64,000 nucleotides of DNA. Origin: Bacteroidales bacterium (GTDB lineage: Bacteria; Bacteroidota; Bacteroidia; Bacteroidales; UBA10428). Numbering within the stretch: the first letter of the stretch is position 1; each line of letters opens with the position of its first letter. The translations under genes and the position numbers were made by a program. Of the stretch, positions 27,952 through 36,200 are shown piece by piece. Location of the stretch: NCBI GenBank assembly GCA_035258345.1, contig DATEVU010000105.1, positions 73,366-137,365 on the forward strand, written 5' to 3'. The notes below the pieces were generated by a model. It saw only the letters and a list, made by a program, of their open reading frames with translations, searched no databases and was not told where the DNA came from.

Positions 27952-27988
27952 GCCCCGTATATGAATATTCATTACGGGGTGTTTTATT
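27952..27988 (+). terminator. Rho-independent-type terminator after the SOR-like/mini-TM pair
   Basis: GCCCCGTA (27952-27959) pairs with TACGGGGT (27973-27980). The palindrome ATGAATATTCAT between them extends the stem. GTTTTATT follows. Confidence 0.6.
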
Positions 27989-28002
27989 GACGGTTGAACA
28001 GT

Positions 28003-28452
28003 ATGAAAATGGAAGAACTCTTTTGCATCACTGAGATACAGGTTCGTTTCAGTGAGGTCGATTCTATGGGTGTTGTGTGGCATGGTAACTATGTGAGGTA
28101 TTTTGAAGATGGCCGGGAGGCTTTTGGAAACAAATACGGGATCAATTATATGGATTTTTACCACCAGGGCGTGATGATCCCCCTGGTAAATATTACCTGC
28201 GATTACAAAAAGCCTCTTCAATATGGCGACATAGCCCGGATTGAAACCCGTTTTGTAAATTGTGAGGCAGCCAAATTACGGTATGATTACACCATTTATC
28301 GCAACAACACCGATGAAGTAATGGCAACCGGTACCTCCGTGCAGGTTTTCCTCAATACCGAAAGGGAACTTTTACTTGATTTTCCGCCGTTTTTTTTGGA
28401 GTGGAAGAAGAAGCACAGTTTAATTAGTGAAAATTTTGGTTGTGAGTTATAA
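28003..28452 (+). CDS. 4HBT/YbgC-type acyl-CoA (acyl-ACP) thioesterase
   Basis: MKMEELFCITEIQVRFSEVDSMGVVWHGNYVRYFEDGREAF is a hotdog thioesterase signature. The track start 27994 is a TTG; ATGs occur at 28003 and 28009. Confidence 0.8.
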   Translation: MKMEELFCITEIQVRFSEVDSMGVVWHGNYVRYFEDGREAFGNKYGINYMDFYHQGVMIPLVNITCDYKKPLQYGDIARIETRFVNCEAAKLRYDYTIYRNNTDEVMATGTSVQVFLNTERELLLDFPPFFLEWKKKHSLISENFGCEL

Positions 28453-28492
28453 CAACACACAACCCACAACCCACAACACACAACTGACAACA
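28451..28492 (+). repeat. Six tandem CA-rich heptads (AACAACA CACAACC CACAACC CACAACA CACAACT GACAACA)
   Basis: Counted directly from the sequence. Contains two overlapping copies of CAACCCACAAC (28460-28470 and 28467-28477). Lies between the thioesterase stop and the conserved start region of the next KS. Confidence 0.85.
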
Positions 28493-28495
28493 TCC

Positions 28496-29638
28496 TTGCA
28501 AGACGTTTACCTCATATCCGACAACATCATCTCCTCCCTCGGTTTTACCACGGAAGAGAACATGGCATCCTTCCGGGAAGGGCATACGGGTATAAAGGAA
28601 TATGATGATTTAGACCTGGCCCCTGCACCTTTCTGGGCTTCAAGAGTTGACAATGAAGAATTGTCCGGCCGGTTCACTGTCTTCGGGAACCCGGCCGAAT
28701 ACACCCGTTTTGAGCAACTGGTGATCTGTTCCGTGAAAGATGCACTCTCACGCTGCACCATAGATATCACCGGAAAAGGAACGCTTTTCATTCTTTCCAC
28801 CACCAAAGGCAATATCGATCTGTTGAAAGGAAATAAGGGGGATCCGTTTGAAAAGTCCAGAACATATTTGTGGTATACAGCGCACCTGTTGCAGCGGTTT
28901 TTTAATTTCCACACTCAGCCGCTCATAGTTTCCAACGCCTGCATATCCGGTGTACTGGCAATAATAGAAGGAGCCAGGCTGATCAGGGCAAACCGTGTTG
29001 ATACGGTTATTGTGACCGGGGCGGACCTTGTAACTGAATTTGTGTTGTCGGGATTTAATTCCTTTCAATCGCTCAGCAAAGGTCCTTGCCGGCCTTTCGA
29101 CAAAAACAGGCAGGGGTTGTCGTTGGGTGAAGGGGCCGGCACGGTGATCCTTACGGGTGATGCTTCCCTGGCATTAAGCAACTGCCCGGTTAAAGCCGGA
29201 TACGGATGCTCGGGTAACGACGCCAATCACATTTCAGGTCCCTCAAGAACCGGTGAGGGTCTGTACCTGGCTATCAAACACACGCTGGAAAGGTCAACGG
29301 TACCGGTTGATTACATTTCTGCGCACGGAACTGCTACTCCTTATAACGATGAAATGGAGTCTGTTGCGCTTAACCGGGCCGGTCTGCAGGAGGTACCCGT
29401 GAACAGTTTTAAAGGATACTGGGGACATACCCTGGGCGCCGCCGGCGTAATAGAATCAGTGGCCGGTGCTTATTCGCTTGCGAACAATATCCTTTTTCAC
29501 ACCCTGGGCTATGTAGAACCGGGGGTTACACACCCGGTGGCCATAATTGACGGGACTTTTGCAAAGAACCTGGGAAGCTGTCTGAAAATTGCTTCCGGAT
29601 TCGGAGGCTGTAACGCGGCACTTATGTTTCATAAATAA
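28496..29638 (+). CDS. Beta-ketoacyl synthase (KS-2, catalytic; ApeO-like)
   Basis: VSNACISGVLAI, SAHGTATPYND, GHTLGAAGVIE. The start is uncertain. The frame is open from GTG 28427, but residues 1-23 are encoded by the heptad tract. TTG 28496 (LQDVYLISDNIISSLGF) is the proposed start. Confidence 0.75.
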   Translation: MQDVYLISDNIISSLGFTTEENMASFREGHTGIKEYDDLDLAPAPFWASRVDNEELSGRFTVFGNPAEYTRFEQLVICSVKDALSRCTIDITGKGTLFILSTTKGNIDLLKGNKGDPFEKSRTYLWYTAHLLQRFFNFHTQPLIVSNACISGVLAIIEGARLIRANRVDTVIVTGADLVTEFVLSGFNSFQSLSKGPCRPFDKNRQGLSLGEGAGTVILTGDASLALSNCPVKAGYGCSGNDANHISGPSRTGEGLYLAIKHTLERSTVPVDYISAHGTATPYNDEMESVALNRAGLQEVPVNSFKGYWGHTLGAAGVIESVAGAYSLANNILFHTLGYVEPGVTHPVAIIDGTFAKNLGSCLKIASGFGGCNAALMFHK

Positions 29639-30279
29639 TGGAAGAACTTTACATCATAAGCGATCACTGCATAATCCGCAACAACAGCGTGGTTTCGGGT
29701 GGTAAGAAGGTTTTTGAATATGACCGGGGCGGAGAACCTTCCTTTTTTACTGCCTTGTACAGGCATTTTGATCTGAACTACCCCAAATTCTTTAAAATGG
29801 ATAACCTGTGCAAGCTGGGATTACTGGCTTCCGAAGTGTTGCTCAGGGAGAAAAACATCCTCCGGCGGTATCCGGGTGACCAGGTTGGGCTGATCTTGTC
29901 AAATGCTGCATCATCCATCGACACCGACAGGAATTACCAGATTTCAATTAATGACAGGACCGGTTATTTCTCCAGTCCCTCGGTTTTTGTTTACACCCTT
30001 GCCAATATTGTGATCGGTGAAATCAGTATCCGGCAGAAATTCCTCGGGGAAAGTACCTTCTTTATCGAAGAAAAGTTTAACCCCGAAAGATTGTATACCC
30101 AGGTAAAACTAATCCTGGATGAGGGCATCATCAGCTGCTGCATTTGCGGATGGGTTGAACTGGATGGCGACCATTATGAAGCTGTTTTGTATTTAGTTGA
30201 AAAATCAGCCCCGCTTGCTGATGGAATTGCTATTTTTGAACCGGAGAAATTACATGAAATATTTTTGCAGAGAATCTGA
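29638..30279 (+). CDS. Truncated KS-like partner protein (ApeC-like, about 210 aa)
   Basis: 213 aa. TAATG overlap with KS-2. Its size and position match the small KS-partner found in aryl-polyene clusters. No catalytic motifs seen. Confidence 0.5.
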   Translation: MEELYIISDHCIIRNNSVVSGGKKVFEYDRGGEPSFFTALYRHFDLNYPKFFKMDNLCKLGLLASEVLLREKNILRRYPGDQVGLILSNAASSIDTDRNYQISINDRTGYFSSPSVFVYTLANIVIGEISIRQKFLGESTFFIEEKFNPERLYTQVKLILDEGIISCCICGWVELDGDHYEAVLYLVEKSAPLADGIAIFEPEKLHEIFLQRI

Positions 30280-30282
30280 ACC

Positions 30283-30540
30283 ATGGAACAATTAATTGAC
30301 AAACTTAAGCATGAAATAATCGGGGTCCTTAATCTCAGCGAGATGACCCCCGCTGATATCGACGAGAACGCACCATTGTTTATTGAGGGACTGGGGCTAG
30401 ATTCCATTGATGCACTCGAACTGATCGTTTTACTTGAAAAAAATTACGGTCTTAAGCTTGGAACAGCCGAAGAAGGCAAAAGAGTGTTGCATTCGGTACG
30501 ATCAATGGCCGAATTCATTACCAGCAATAAAAAAGGATAA
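30283..30540 (+). CDS. Acyl carrier protein (ACP-2, paralog of ACP-1)
   Basis: 85 aa; LGLDSIDALE; collinear with ACP-1 (MEQLIDKLKHEII versus MENLIKQLKQDII). Confidence 0.85.
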   Translation: MEQLIDKLKHEIIGVLNLSEMTPADIDENAPLFIEGLGLDSIDALELIVLLEKNYGLKLGTAEEGKRVLHSVRSMAEFITSNKKG

Positions 30541-30553
30541 AAACACCGCAGTT

Positions 30554-31759
30554 GTGCAGCATAAGGTTGTTGTAACGGGTATTGGTATCATTTCCGCAAT
30601 CGGCTTTGATACAAAAGGTGTTATGGATTCGTTGCAGGCACAACGATCGGGAATTGGCCGGTTATCCCTGATCGATTCTGTTTATAAGGATGAGATCCCG
30701 GTTGCAGAGATTAAGGCCACAAATGATGAGTTGTTGCAGATCGCCGATCCGGGCATTACAGGCAACTACAGCCGTACAAGCCTTTTGGGCATCATTGCCG
30801 CCAGGCAGGCCATCGCCGCCGCCAGGATAGATGTGTCAGCACCCGGCCGGACCGGGCTTATATCAGCCACTACCGTCGGCGGAATGGACCGAAGCGAGAT
30901 ATTTTACCGGGGATACCTTTCCGGATCAGGCAAGGCCAGGTTACGCGATGTGGTTACACATGATTGCGGAGACAGCACCGAAAAAATTGCTGATTGCACC
31001 GGCATCAGAGATTACATTACCACGATCAACACAGCCTGTTCCTCTTCGGCCAACGCCATAATGGTTGGTGCCAGGCTGATCCGTGAAGGTAAACTCGACA
31101 GAGTTGTTGCAGGCGGTACAGATGCATTGACTTTATTCACCCTGAACGGTTTTAACAGCCTGATGATACTTGACCGAAACCCATGCCGGCCATTTGATGA
31201 AGACCGCAACGGACTTAACCTGGGTGAAGGATCCGGATTTCTGGTACTCGAATCGGAGGAATTTGCCTGTCGTGAAAATAAAAATGTGCTGGGTGTGATT
31301 AAAGGTTACGGCAACGCATGCGATGCTTACCATCAGACCGCTTCTTCCCCGGAAGGCCATGGTGCCTGTCTTTCGATGTTAAAGGCTTTGGAAGTCGCAG
31401 GGCTGGCCCCGGATGCGATCAGCTATATCAATGCACACGGTACCGGGACAAAAAATAACGACCTGTCAGAAGGTGTTGCACTCGAAACTGTTTTCCAGGC
31501 GGGAATACCTCACTGCAGTTCGACAAAATCATATACCGGGCACACACTGGGAGCAGCCGGGGGTATTGAAGCAGTGCTCAGTATCATCGCATTACAGCAT
31601 CAATGGATCTATCCCAACCTGAATTTTGCCCGGCCCATGAATGAACTGGGTTTTGTTCCGGTTACTGCATTCGTTACCGGAATTCCTGTCAACTGCATTA
31701 TGTCCAACTCTTTCGGATTTGGCGGCAACAATTCAACATTAATCTTCTCCCGCTACTGA
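30554..31759 (+). CDS. Beta-ketoacyl synthase (KS-3, catalytic; paralog of KS-1)
   Basis: TINTACSSSANAIM, NAHGTGTKNND, GHTLGAAGGIE. The track start 30434 is a TTG lying 107 nt inside ACP-2. GTG 30554 (VQHKVVVTGIGIIS) is the proposed start. Confidence 0.8.
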   Translation: MQHKVVVTGIGIISAIGFDTKGVMDSLQAQRSGIGRLSLIDSVYKDEIPVAEIKATNDELLQIADPGITGNYSRTSLLGIIAARQAIAAARIDVSAPGRTGLISATTVGGMDRSEIFYRGYLSGSGKARLRDVVTHDCGDSTEKIADCTGIRDYITTINTACSSSANAIMVGARLIREGKLDRVVAGGTDALTLFTLNGFNSLMILDRNPCRPFDEDRNGLNLGEGSGFLVLESEEFACRENKNVLGVIKGYGNACDAYHQTASSPEGHGACLSMLKALEVAGLAPDAISYINAHGTGTKNNDLSEGVALETVFQAGIPHCSSTKSYTGHTLGAAGGIEAVLSIIALQHQWIYPNLNFARPMNELGFVPVTAFVTGIPVNCIMSNSFGFGGNNSTLIFSRY

Positions 31760-31760
31760 T

Positions 31761-32828
31761 ATGGAGTCATATATAAAGGGCACAGCCATGATATCTCCCC
31801 AGAGAACCTTTGAAGACAAAGGTTTTCCCGAAGAGGTTATAAATTATACCGGAGCGGATTACCTCGGGTGCATTGAACCCAGCTATCGCGATTACATTGA
31901 TCCGATGGTTGCCCGCCGCATGAGCCGCATCGTTAAAATGGGAGTTTGTGCAGCCATAAGGTGTATGAAAAATTCAAACGTGGAAATGCCCGATGCCGTA
32001 TTAGCAGGCACCGGTTTGGGTTGTTTAGAAGATACCGAAAAGTTCCTGGGATCAATATTTAACAATGCGGAAAAACTGCTGAACCCGACACCTTTTATAC
32101 AATCGACCCACAATACCGTGGCTGCCGCCATTGCCCTGGCTATCAAATGTCACAATTACAACGCAACATACACACACCGTGGATTTTCGTTTGAAAGCGC
32201 CATCCAGGATGCCTTGCTGCAACTGGCGGAAAAGCCGGAGGCCAATATACTTACCGGCGGGTTTGATGAACTTACCGTAAATTCCTACCATATCACAAAA
32301 CGGCTCGGAATGTGGAAAAACCACCCGGTGACAAGCCTGCGTCTTAAGGAATACAATACCAGGGGCAGTCTGCCCGGTGAAGGAACAGCTTTTTTTATGC
32401 TGAGCGGCATACATGGCAGCCATGATATTGCCGCCCTGAAAGCCATGCGTACTTTTTATAAACCCCGTGATCATCATGAGATTGAAAATCATCTTGATCA
32501 GCTGCTTGGTGAAGCAGGTGTGCATCTCCATGATGTAAGCCTGATGATGCTGGGCGTGAATGGTGATCCTTCCACCGACAGCATGTATTACCGGTTGATG
32601 TCGGACAGGTGTAATCGCTTGCCTGGAGCCTATTTCAAGCATTTATGCGGAGAATATGACACGGCATCATCCTTTGCCCTGTGGCTGTCTGCAATCCTTC
32701 TGAAAAATCAGGTGATACCTGAATCAATCGGATTAACCGGTAATTTGCCCGGCGTCCTGGATAACATTGTAATTTATAATCACCTGCGTGGTTCGTACCA
32801 CGCCATGTACCTGCTATCGCGATGCTGA
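31761..32828 (+). CDS. KS-like chain-length-factor-type partner (CLF-2, paralog of CLF-1)
   Basis: 355 aa. It has IQSTHNTVAAAIALA at the position of the KS active-site Cys. Starts 1 nt after the KS-3 stop. Confidence 0.7.
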   Translation: MESYIKGTAMISPQRTFEDKGFPEEVINYTGADYLGCIEPSYRDYIDPMVARRMSRIVKMGVCAAIRCMKNSNVEMPDAVLAGTGLGCLEDTEKFLGSIFNNAEKLLNPTPFIQSTHNTVAAAIALAIKCHNYNATYTHRGFSFESAIQDALLQLAEKPEANILTGGFDELTVNSYHITKRLGMWKNHPVTSLRLKEYNTRGSLPGEGTAFFMLSGIHGSHDIAALKAMRTFYKPRDHHEIENHLDQLLGEAGVHLHDVSLMMLGVNGDPSTDSMYYRLMSDRCNRLPGAYFKHLCGEYDTASSFALWLSAILLKNQVIPESIGLTGNLPGVLDNIVIYNHLRGSYHAMYLLSRC

Positions 32829-33598
32829 ATTTCAGGAATGTCATGGTGTTCTTCTTTTTGCTCCTCGCTGCCCTGTTGGTGACAGACGGCTTCCTGGAAA
32901 TATCAGCCTGGTTTTACCCTGGCATTATTCTTGTGCTGATAACCCTGTTGGCCTGGGGATCTATGACAGTTTCATCGGGCTTTTACATGAAATTGCTTTG
33001 CAGGGGAGACCGCAAAATTAAATCGGTTGCCCTTACATTTGATGATGGTCCCGATGCCGGGTACACGCCGCAGGTGCTTGATATACTGAAAACAAACCAG
33101 GTACAGGCTGCTTTTTTTGTGGTCGGGAGCCGGGCTGAAAATAATCCCGGACTGATATCACGGATCCACGGGGAAGGACATATCCTGGGCGGGCATAGTC
33201 ATAACCATGGGTTTTTCTTTGATTTGTTACCGGTTAACCCCATGAAAATAGAACTGAAAAATACCGAAGAAGGCATCATGAAGATCACCGGTAAAAAAAT
33301 AAGACTTTTCCGGCCTCCTTACGGGGTAACCAATCCAACCGTGGCAAGGGCAGTAAGCAACATGAACTACACGGGCATTGGCTGGAGCCTTAAATCGAAA
33401 GATACGGTGACAGCGGACGAAAAAGCACTGTTAAATAAATTGATAAAAAGGGTGAAGCCGGGAGACATTGTATTGTTTCACGATAACCAGGCGGTTACCG
33501 TAAATGTGCTGGAGGCCTTCATTGCCTGGCTCAGGCAGCAAAATTTCACCATTGAAAGGCTTGATAATTTTTTACACCTCAAAGCTTATGCAAATTAA
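32822..33598 (+). CDS. Polysaccharide deacetylase (NodB/CE4) family protein with two N-terminal TM segments
   Basis: ALTFDDGPD, GGHSHNH, RPPYG motifs; ATGCTGA overlap with CLF-2. Confidence 0.8.
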   Translation: MLNFRNVMVFFFLLLAALLVTDGFLEISAWFYPGIILVLITLLAWGSMTVSSGFYMKLLCRGDRKIKSVALTFDDGPDAGYTPQVLDILKTNQVQAAFFVVGSRAENNPGLISRIHGEGHILGGHSHNHGFFFDLLPVNPMKIELKNTEEGIMKITGKKIRLFRPPYGVTNPTVARAVSNMNYTGIGWSLKSKDTVTADEKALLNKLIKRVKPGDIVLFHDNQAVTVNVLEAFIAWLRQQNFTIERLDNFLHLKAYAN

Positions 33599-33599
33599 A

Positions 33600-34232
33600 A
33601 TGAAATATTATGGTATCGTACTGTTATCGCTGCTTTGGATTGAAGCAGTTTCCCAGGTACCGGCAACACCCCTGAAGGATGTGCCCGGTTTCAGGGCCAG
33701 GCTTGAAACCCTGTCTGACAAGGTTTCAACCATCGAAAGCGATTTTATCCAGGAGAAAAACCTCAGTGTGCTGGCAAATACTATTGTTTCCCGGGGACAT
33801 TTCTGGTATAAAAAGGAAAACAACATACGGTGGGAATATTTGTCGCCCTATAAATACCTGATCATCATCACCAACAACCAGATCTACATAAAGGAAGATA
33901 AGAGCCAGAAACAATATGATATACAGTCGAATACCATGTTCAGGGAAATGAACAAATTCATCAGCGGCTGCATCCAGGGTGATATCCTGAAGAATGAACA
34001 GGAATACAGGGTGGGGTATTTCGAAGACGATAAAAGCTATTTTGTGATACTGGTGCCGCATGATGTAAATATGAGGAAGATGCTGAATGAGGTACAGATA
34101 TGGTTCGACAAGCGCGACCTTACTGTTTCAGGGATCAACATGGTTGAAGCGGGAGGGGATTATACCAAAATTGAATTTACATCCAAAAGACTGAATACGG
34201 ATATTCCGATTGAAAAATTTGATTTTAAATAG
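33600..34232 (+). CDS. LolA-like outer-membrane lipoprotein carrier family protein
   Basis: MKYYGIVLLSLLWIEAVSQ signal; FIQEKNLSVLANTIVSRGHFWYKKENNIRWEY is LolA-like. The track start 33504 lies inside the upstream gene. Confidence 0.7.
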   Translation: MKYYGIVLLSLLWIEAVSQVPATPLKDVPGFRARLETLSDKVSTIESDFIQEKNLSVLANTIVSRGHFWYKKENNIRWEYLSPYKYLIIITNNQIYIKEDKSQKQYDIQSNTMFREMNKFISGCIQGDILKNEQEYRVGYFEDDKSYFVILVPHDVNMRKMLNEVQIWFDKRDLTVSGINMVEAGGDYTKIEFTSKRLNTDIPIEKFDFK

Positions 34233-34254
34233 GCAGTTAACGAAGTATTCGGGA

Positions 34255-34926
34255 ATGCGCCCGGGATTTGGGAGAAACTTCCGCCTGATCCTGCTGTCAT
34301 TGTTTTTCATTTCGGGATGTTCGGTTTCTTTATTCAATGGTTATCAAAAGGATCCCGGATACACCGGAGAGGCACCAATGTCCTGGTTCAAGGCTGACTC
34401 CGGACACTTTTTGTTCCACACAAGGATCGATATAATGAAAAATCATCTCAGCGGTCTGATGGTGATTAAACCAATGACCGGAGAAACTTACAGGGTGGTA
34501 TTCATCACGGAGGTTGGTCTTAAGATCTTTGATATGGAGTTCTTTGCAGATAAACCTGCAAAGGTTCATTACATAATGGAGGCTATGGACAGGAATGTAA
34601 TCGTGAATACCCTCACCAATGATATAGGCCTTATTTTGATGACCAGGATTTCCAGCCAGAAACCCAGTGTATTTCGCGATAAATCCACCCGTAAAATCGC
34701 TTTCAGGTACCGTGATAAAGGAAGGAAATACTATTACCATGTTTCCGGTGAGGATGGCCGGTTTTACAAGGTGGTTCAGAAAGCCGGCATGGCGAGAAAA
34801 GTCTATGCTGATTTATACGGCAATGAAGTGTCAGGGATCGATTCAATAAAAATTTCCCATTTTGCTGTAAAGCTTTCAATTAACTTATACCGAATAATCG
34901 AAGATTCAAACCATGCTGCTGATTAA
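34255..34926 (+). CDS. Hypothetical lipoprotein
   Basis: MRPGFGRNFRLILLSLFFISGCSVS (lipobox). No family recognised. Conserved position between the LolA-like and dehydratase genes. Confidence 0.6.
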   Translation: MRPGFGRNFRLILLSLFFISGCSVSLFNGYQKDPGYTGEAPMSWFKADSGHFLFHTRIDIMKNHLSGLMVIKPMTGETYRVVFITEVGLKIFDMEFFADKPAKVHYIMEAMDRNVIVNTLTNDIGLILMTRISSQKPSVFRDKSTRKIAFRYRDKGRKYYYHVSGEDGRFYKVVQKAGMARKVYADLYGNEVSGIDSIKISHFAVKLSINLYRIIEDSNHAAD

Positions 34927-35287
34927 CCTGTATACCATAGAAGCAACGGTATTATCGGATGCAAAGGACAAGGTCACAGCCAATGTCAGTTTAAATAAGG
35001 AGCACCCCATATTCGATGGTCATTTCCCGGGGAATCCTATTTTACCAGGTGTATGCACTGTTCAGATCATCAGGGAATTGCTTGAAAAGGCCCTGGAGGT
35101 AAAATTGATGTTAACCAGGGCGGGCAGTATCAAATACCAGGGATTTATTAACCCGATAATCACGGCACAGATTCAGTTTCATCTGATAATTAAAAACACC
35201 GGTATCCGTGACCTAAGCTGCAATGCTACCGTTTCATCATCCGGAATTCCATTATGCAGTTTTAAAGGGGAGTATGTTTTGGTTTGA
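34913..35287 (+). CDS. FabZ/FabA-like 3-hydroxyacyl-ACP dehydratase (ApeI-like)
   Basis: 124 aa; HPIFDGHFPGNPILPGV hotdog dehydratase motif. Confidence 0.8.
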   Translation: MLLINLYTIEATVLSDAKDKVTANVSLNKEHPIFDGHFPGNPILPGVCTVQIIRELLEKALEVKLMLTRAGSIKYQGFINPIITAQIQFHLIIKNTGIRDLSCNATVSSSGIPLCSFKGEYVLV

Positions 35288-35309
35288 GGTTTGAGGTTTG
35301 AGGTTTTGA
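35281..35309. repeat. Tandem heptamer GGTTTGA x3 plus one 8-nt variant (GGTTTTGA)
   Basis: Units at 35281-35287, 35288-35294 and 35295-35301 are perfect; 35302-35309 is the variant. The first unit carries the dehydratase stop codon. The TGA copies at 35285, 35292 and 35299 cover all three frames. Confidence 0.85.
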
Positions 35310-35316
35310 TAACGGG

Positions 35317-35788
35317 TTATCCGGCAATTTGTTTTTGATATTCAGAAGGCAAAAATCCATACTTTTCTCTAAAACATTTCGAAAAGTAAGAAAGGTTGTT
35401 AAAACCAACTTCAAATGTTATTTCAGCAACATTCCCGAAGTTTTGTCTCATAAGCTGGACGGCACGCTGCAGCCTTGTCTTTTTCTGCAATGCTTATTTT
35501 ATAATAGTCGATTAAAGCCAGAGAAAGAAAGATCCATTGCAACATGGAACCCACTTCCATTCCATGGGATGTAAATTCACTTTTTGGAAAAAAGCCAATG
35601 GCTGTGAGGCTCGCTGCCACACCACCTATGAAAAGCAGCGTGAAGGCCAAAATATGGAGGCGAGCTGCCCGATAACCGTTTACCAGGAAAATAATTCCAC
35701 TCAATAAACTTAAAGCAATATAAATAAGTGCGGTATGCGCGGCAAGTTGCGCACTCACCTTATAAGGCATAAAGAATACAACTACCAT
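35317..35788 (-). pseudogene. Decayed membrane-sensor / AraC-family regulator (7TM-type N-terminal fragment fused out of frame to the last ~57 codons of an AraC HTH)
   Basis: ORF 35423-35788 encodes only about four TM helices. In a different frame, 35317-35490 reads [58 protein letters not shown]. That is the second HTH of an AraC domain, it is preceded by an in-frame TAA, and it has no start codon. The first HTH is missing. Confidence 0.6.
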
Positions 35789-35793
35789 CAGGA

Positions 35794-36198
35794 TTAATGA
35801 AACGACGAGGGACCAATTTCAAAACGGATAATGTTGAGCTCTGTCATTTCTTTTAACTGTTGCAGTAACAATGGATGTTTGCTTGGCTTTAATAAATCGG
35901 TGTTGTTGAATGTTATGGTCCTTTGAGATAGCTTTGTACTGAAATAAACCTTTTCCATGGTGAAAGTCAGAGCTACGAGAGTACCATTGGCGAAAACAAT
36001 CCACTGCAGGCAATGGCTTATCGGCAATAATGCATTGACAGCTGAGATACCGACAACCATGAAAAGATAGGCCATTTCTTTTACCGGGACATTGAGTGTC
36101 CTGAATCTGATGATGGCAAATATGGCGAACAATCCCAATACGAGTCCCAGTTCAAGTTTTACCCAGCGAAGCAATGCACATATCATGAAAACAATCAC
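35794..36198 (-). CDS. DUF4956-like small membrane protein
   Basis: 134 aa. TM-rich N-terminus with IIRFRTLNVPVKEMAYLF. The family assignment is from memory of DUF4956 proteins, which usually accompany VTC/CotH genes. Confidence 0.45.
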   Translation of the reverse strand: MIVFMICALLRWVKLELGLVLGLFAIFAIIRFRTLNVPVKEMAYLFMVVGISAVNALLPISHCLQWIVFANGTLVALTFTMEKVYFSTKLSQRTITFNNTDLLKPSKHPLLLQQLKEMTELNIIRFEIGPSSFH

Positions 36199-36200
36199 CC

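Noticed and set aside
27748-28221. 157-aa minus-strand ORF
   Set aside because: It overlaps the small two-TM ORF, the terminator hairpin and the 5' part of the thioesterase gene, which has a clear 4HBT signature. It has no recognisable domain.
28451-28492. CRISPR array (also considered for 35281-35309)
   Set aside because: The units are 7 nt and directly abutting, with no spacers and no cas genes. These are simple tandem repeats.
28427-28495. N-terminal extension of KS-2 from GTG 28427
   Set aside because: The extension (KILVVSYNNTQPTTHNTQLTTS) is encoded by the thioesterase 3' end and the CA heptad tract. It looks like translated repeat rather than protein. It is kept only as an alternative in the phase-variation hypothesis.
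30434-30553. TTG start giving a 40-aa extension of KS-3
   Set aside because: It would overlap ACP-2 by 107 nt. The conserved KS N-terminus (VVVTGIGIIS) begins right after GTG 30554.
35329-35574. 81-aa plus-strand ORF
   Set aside because: It is antisense to the recognisable AraC HTH remnant and the TM fragment. No features of its own.
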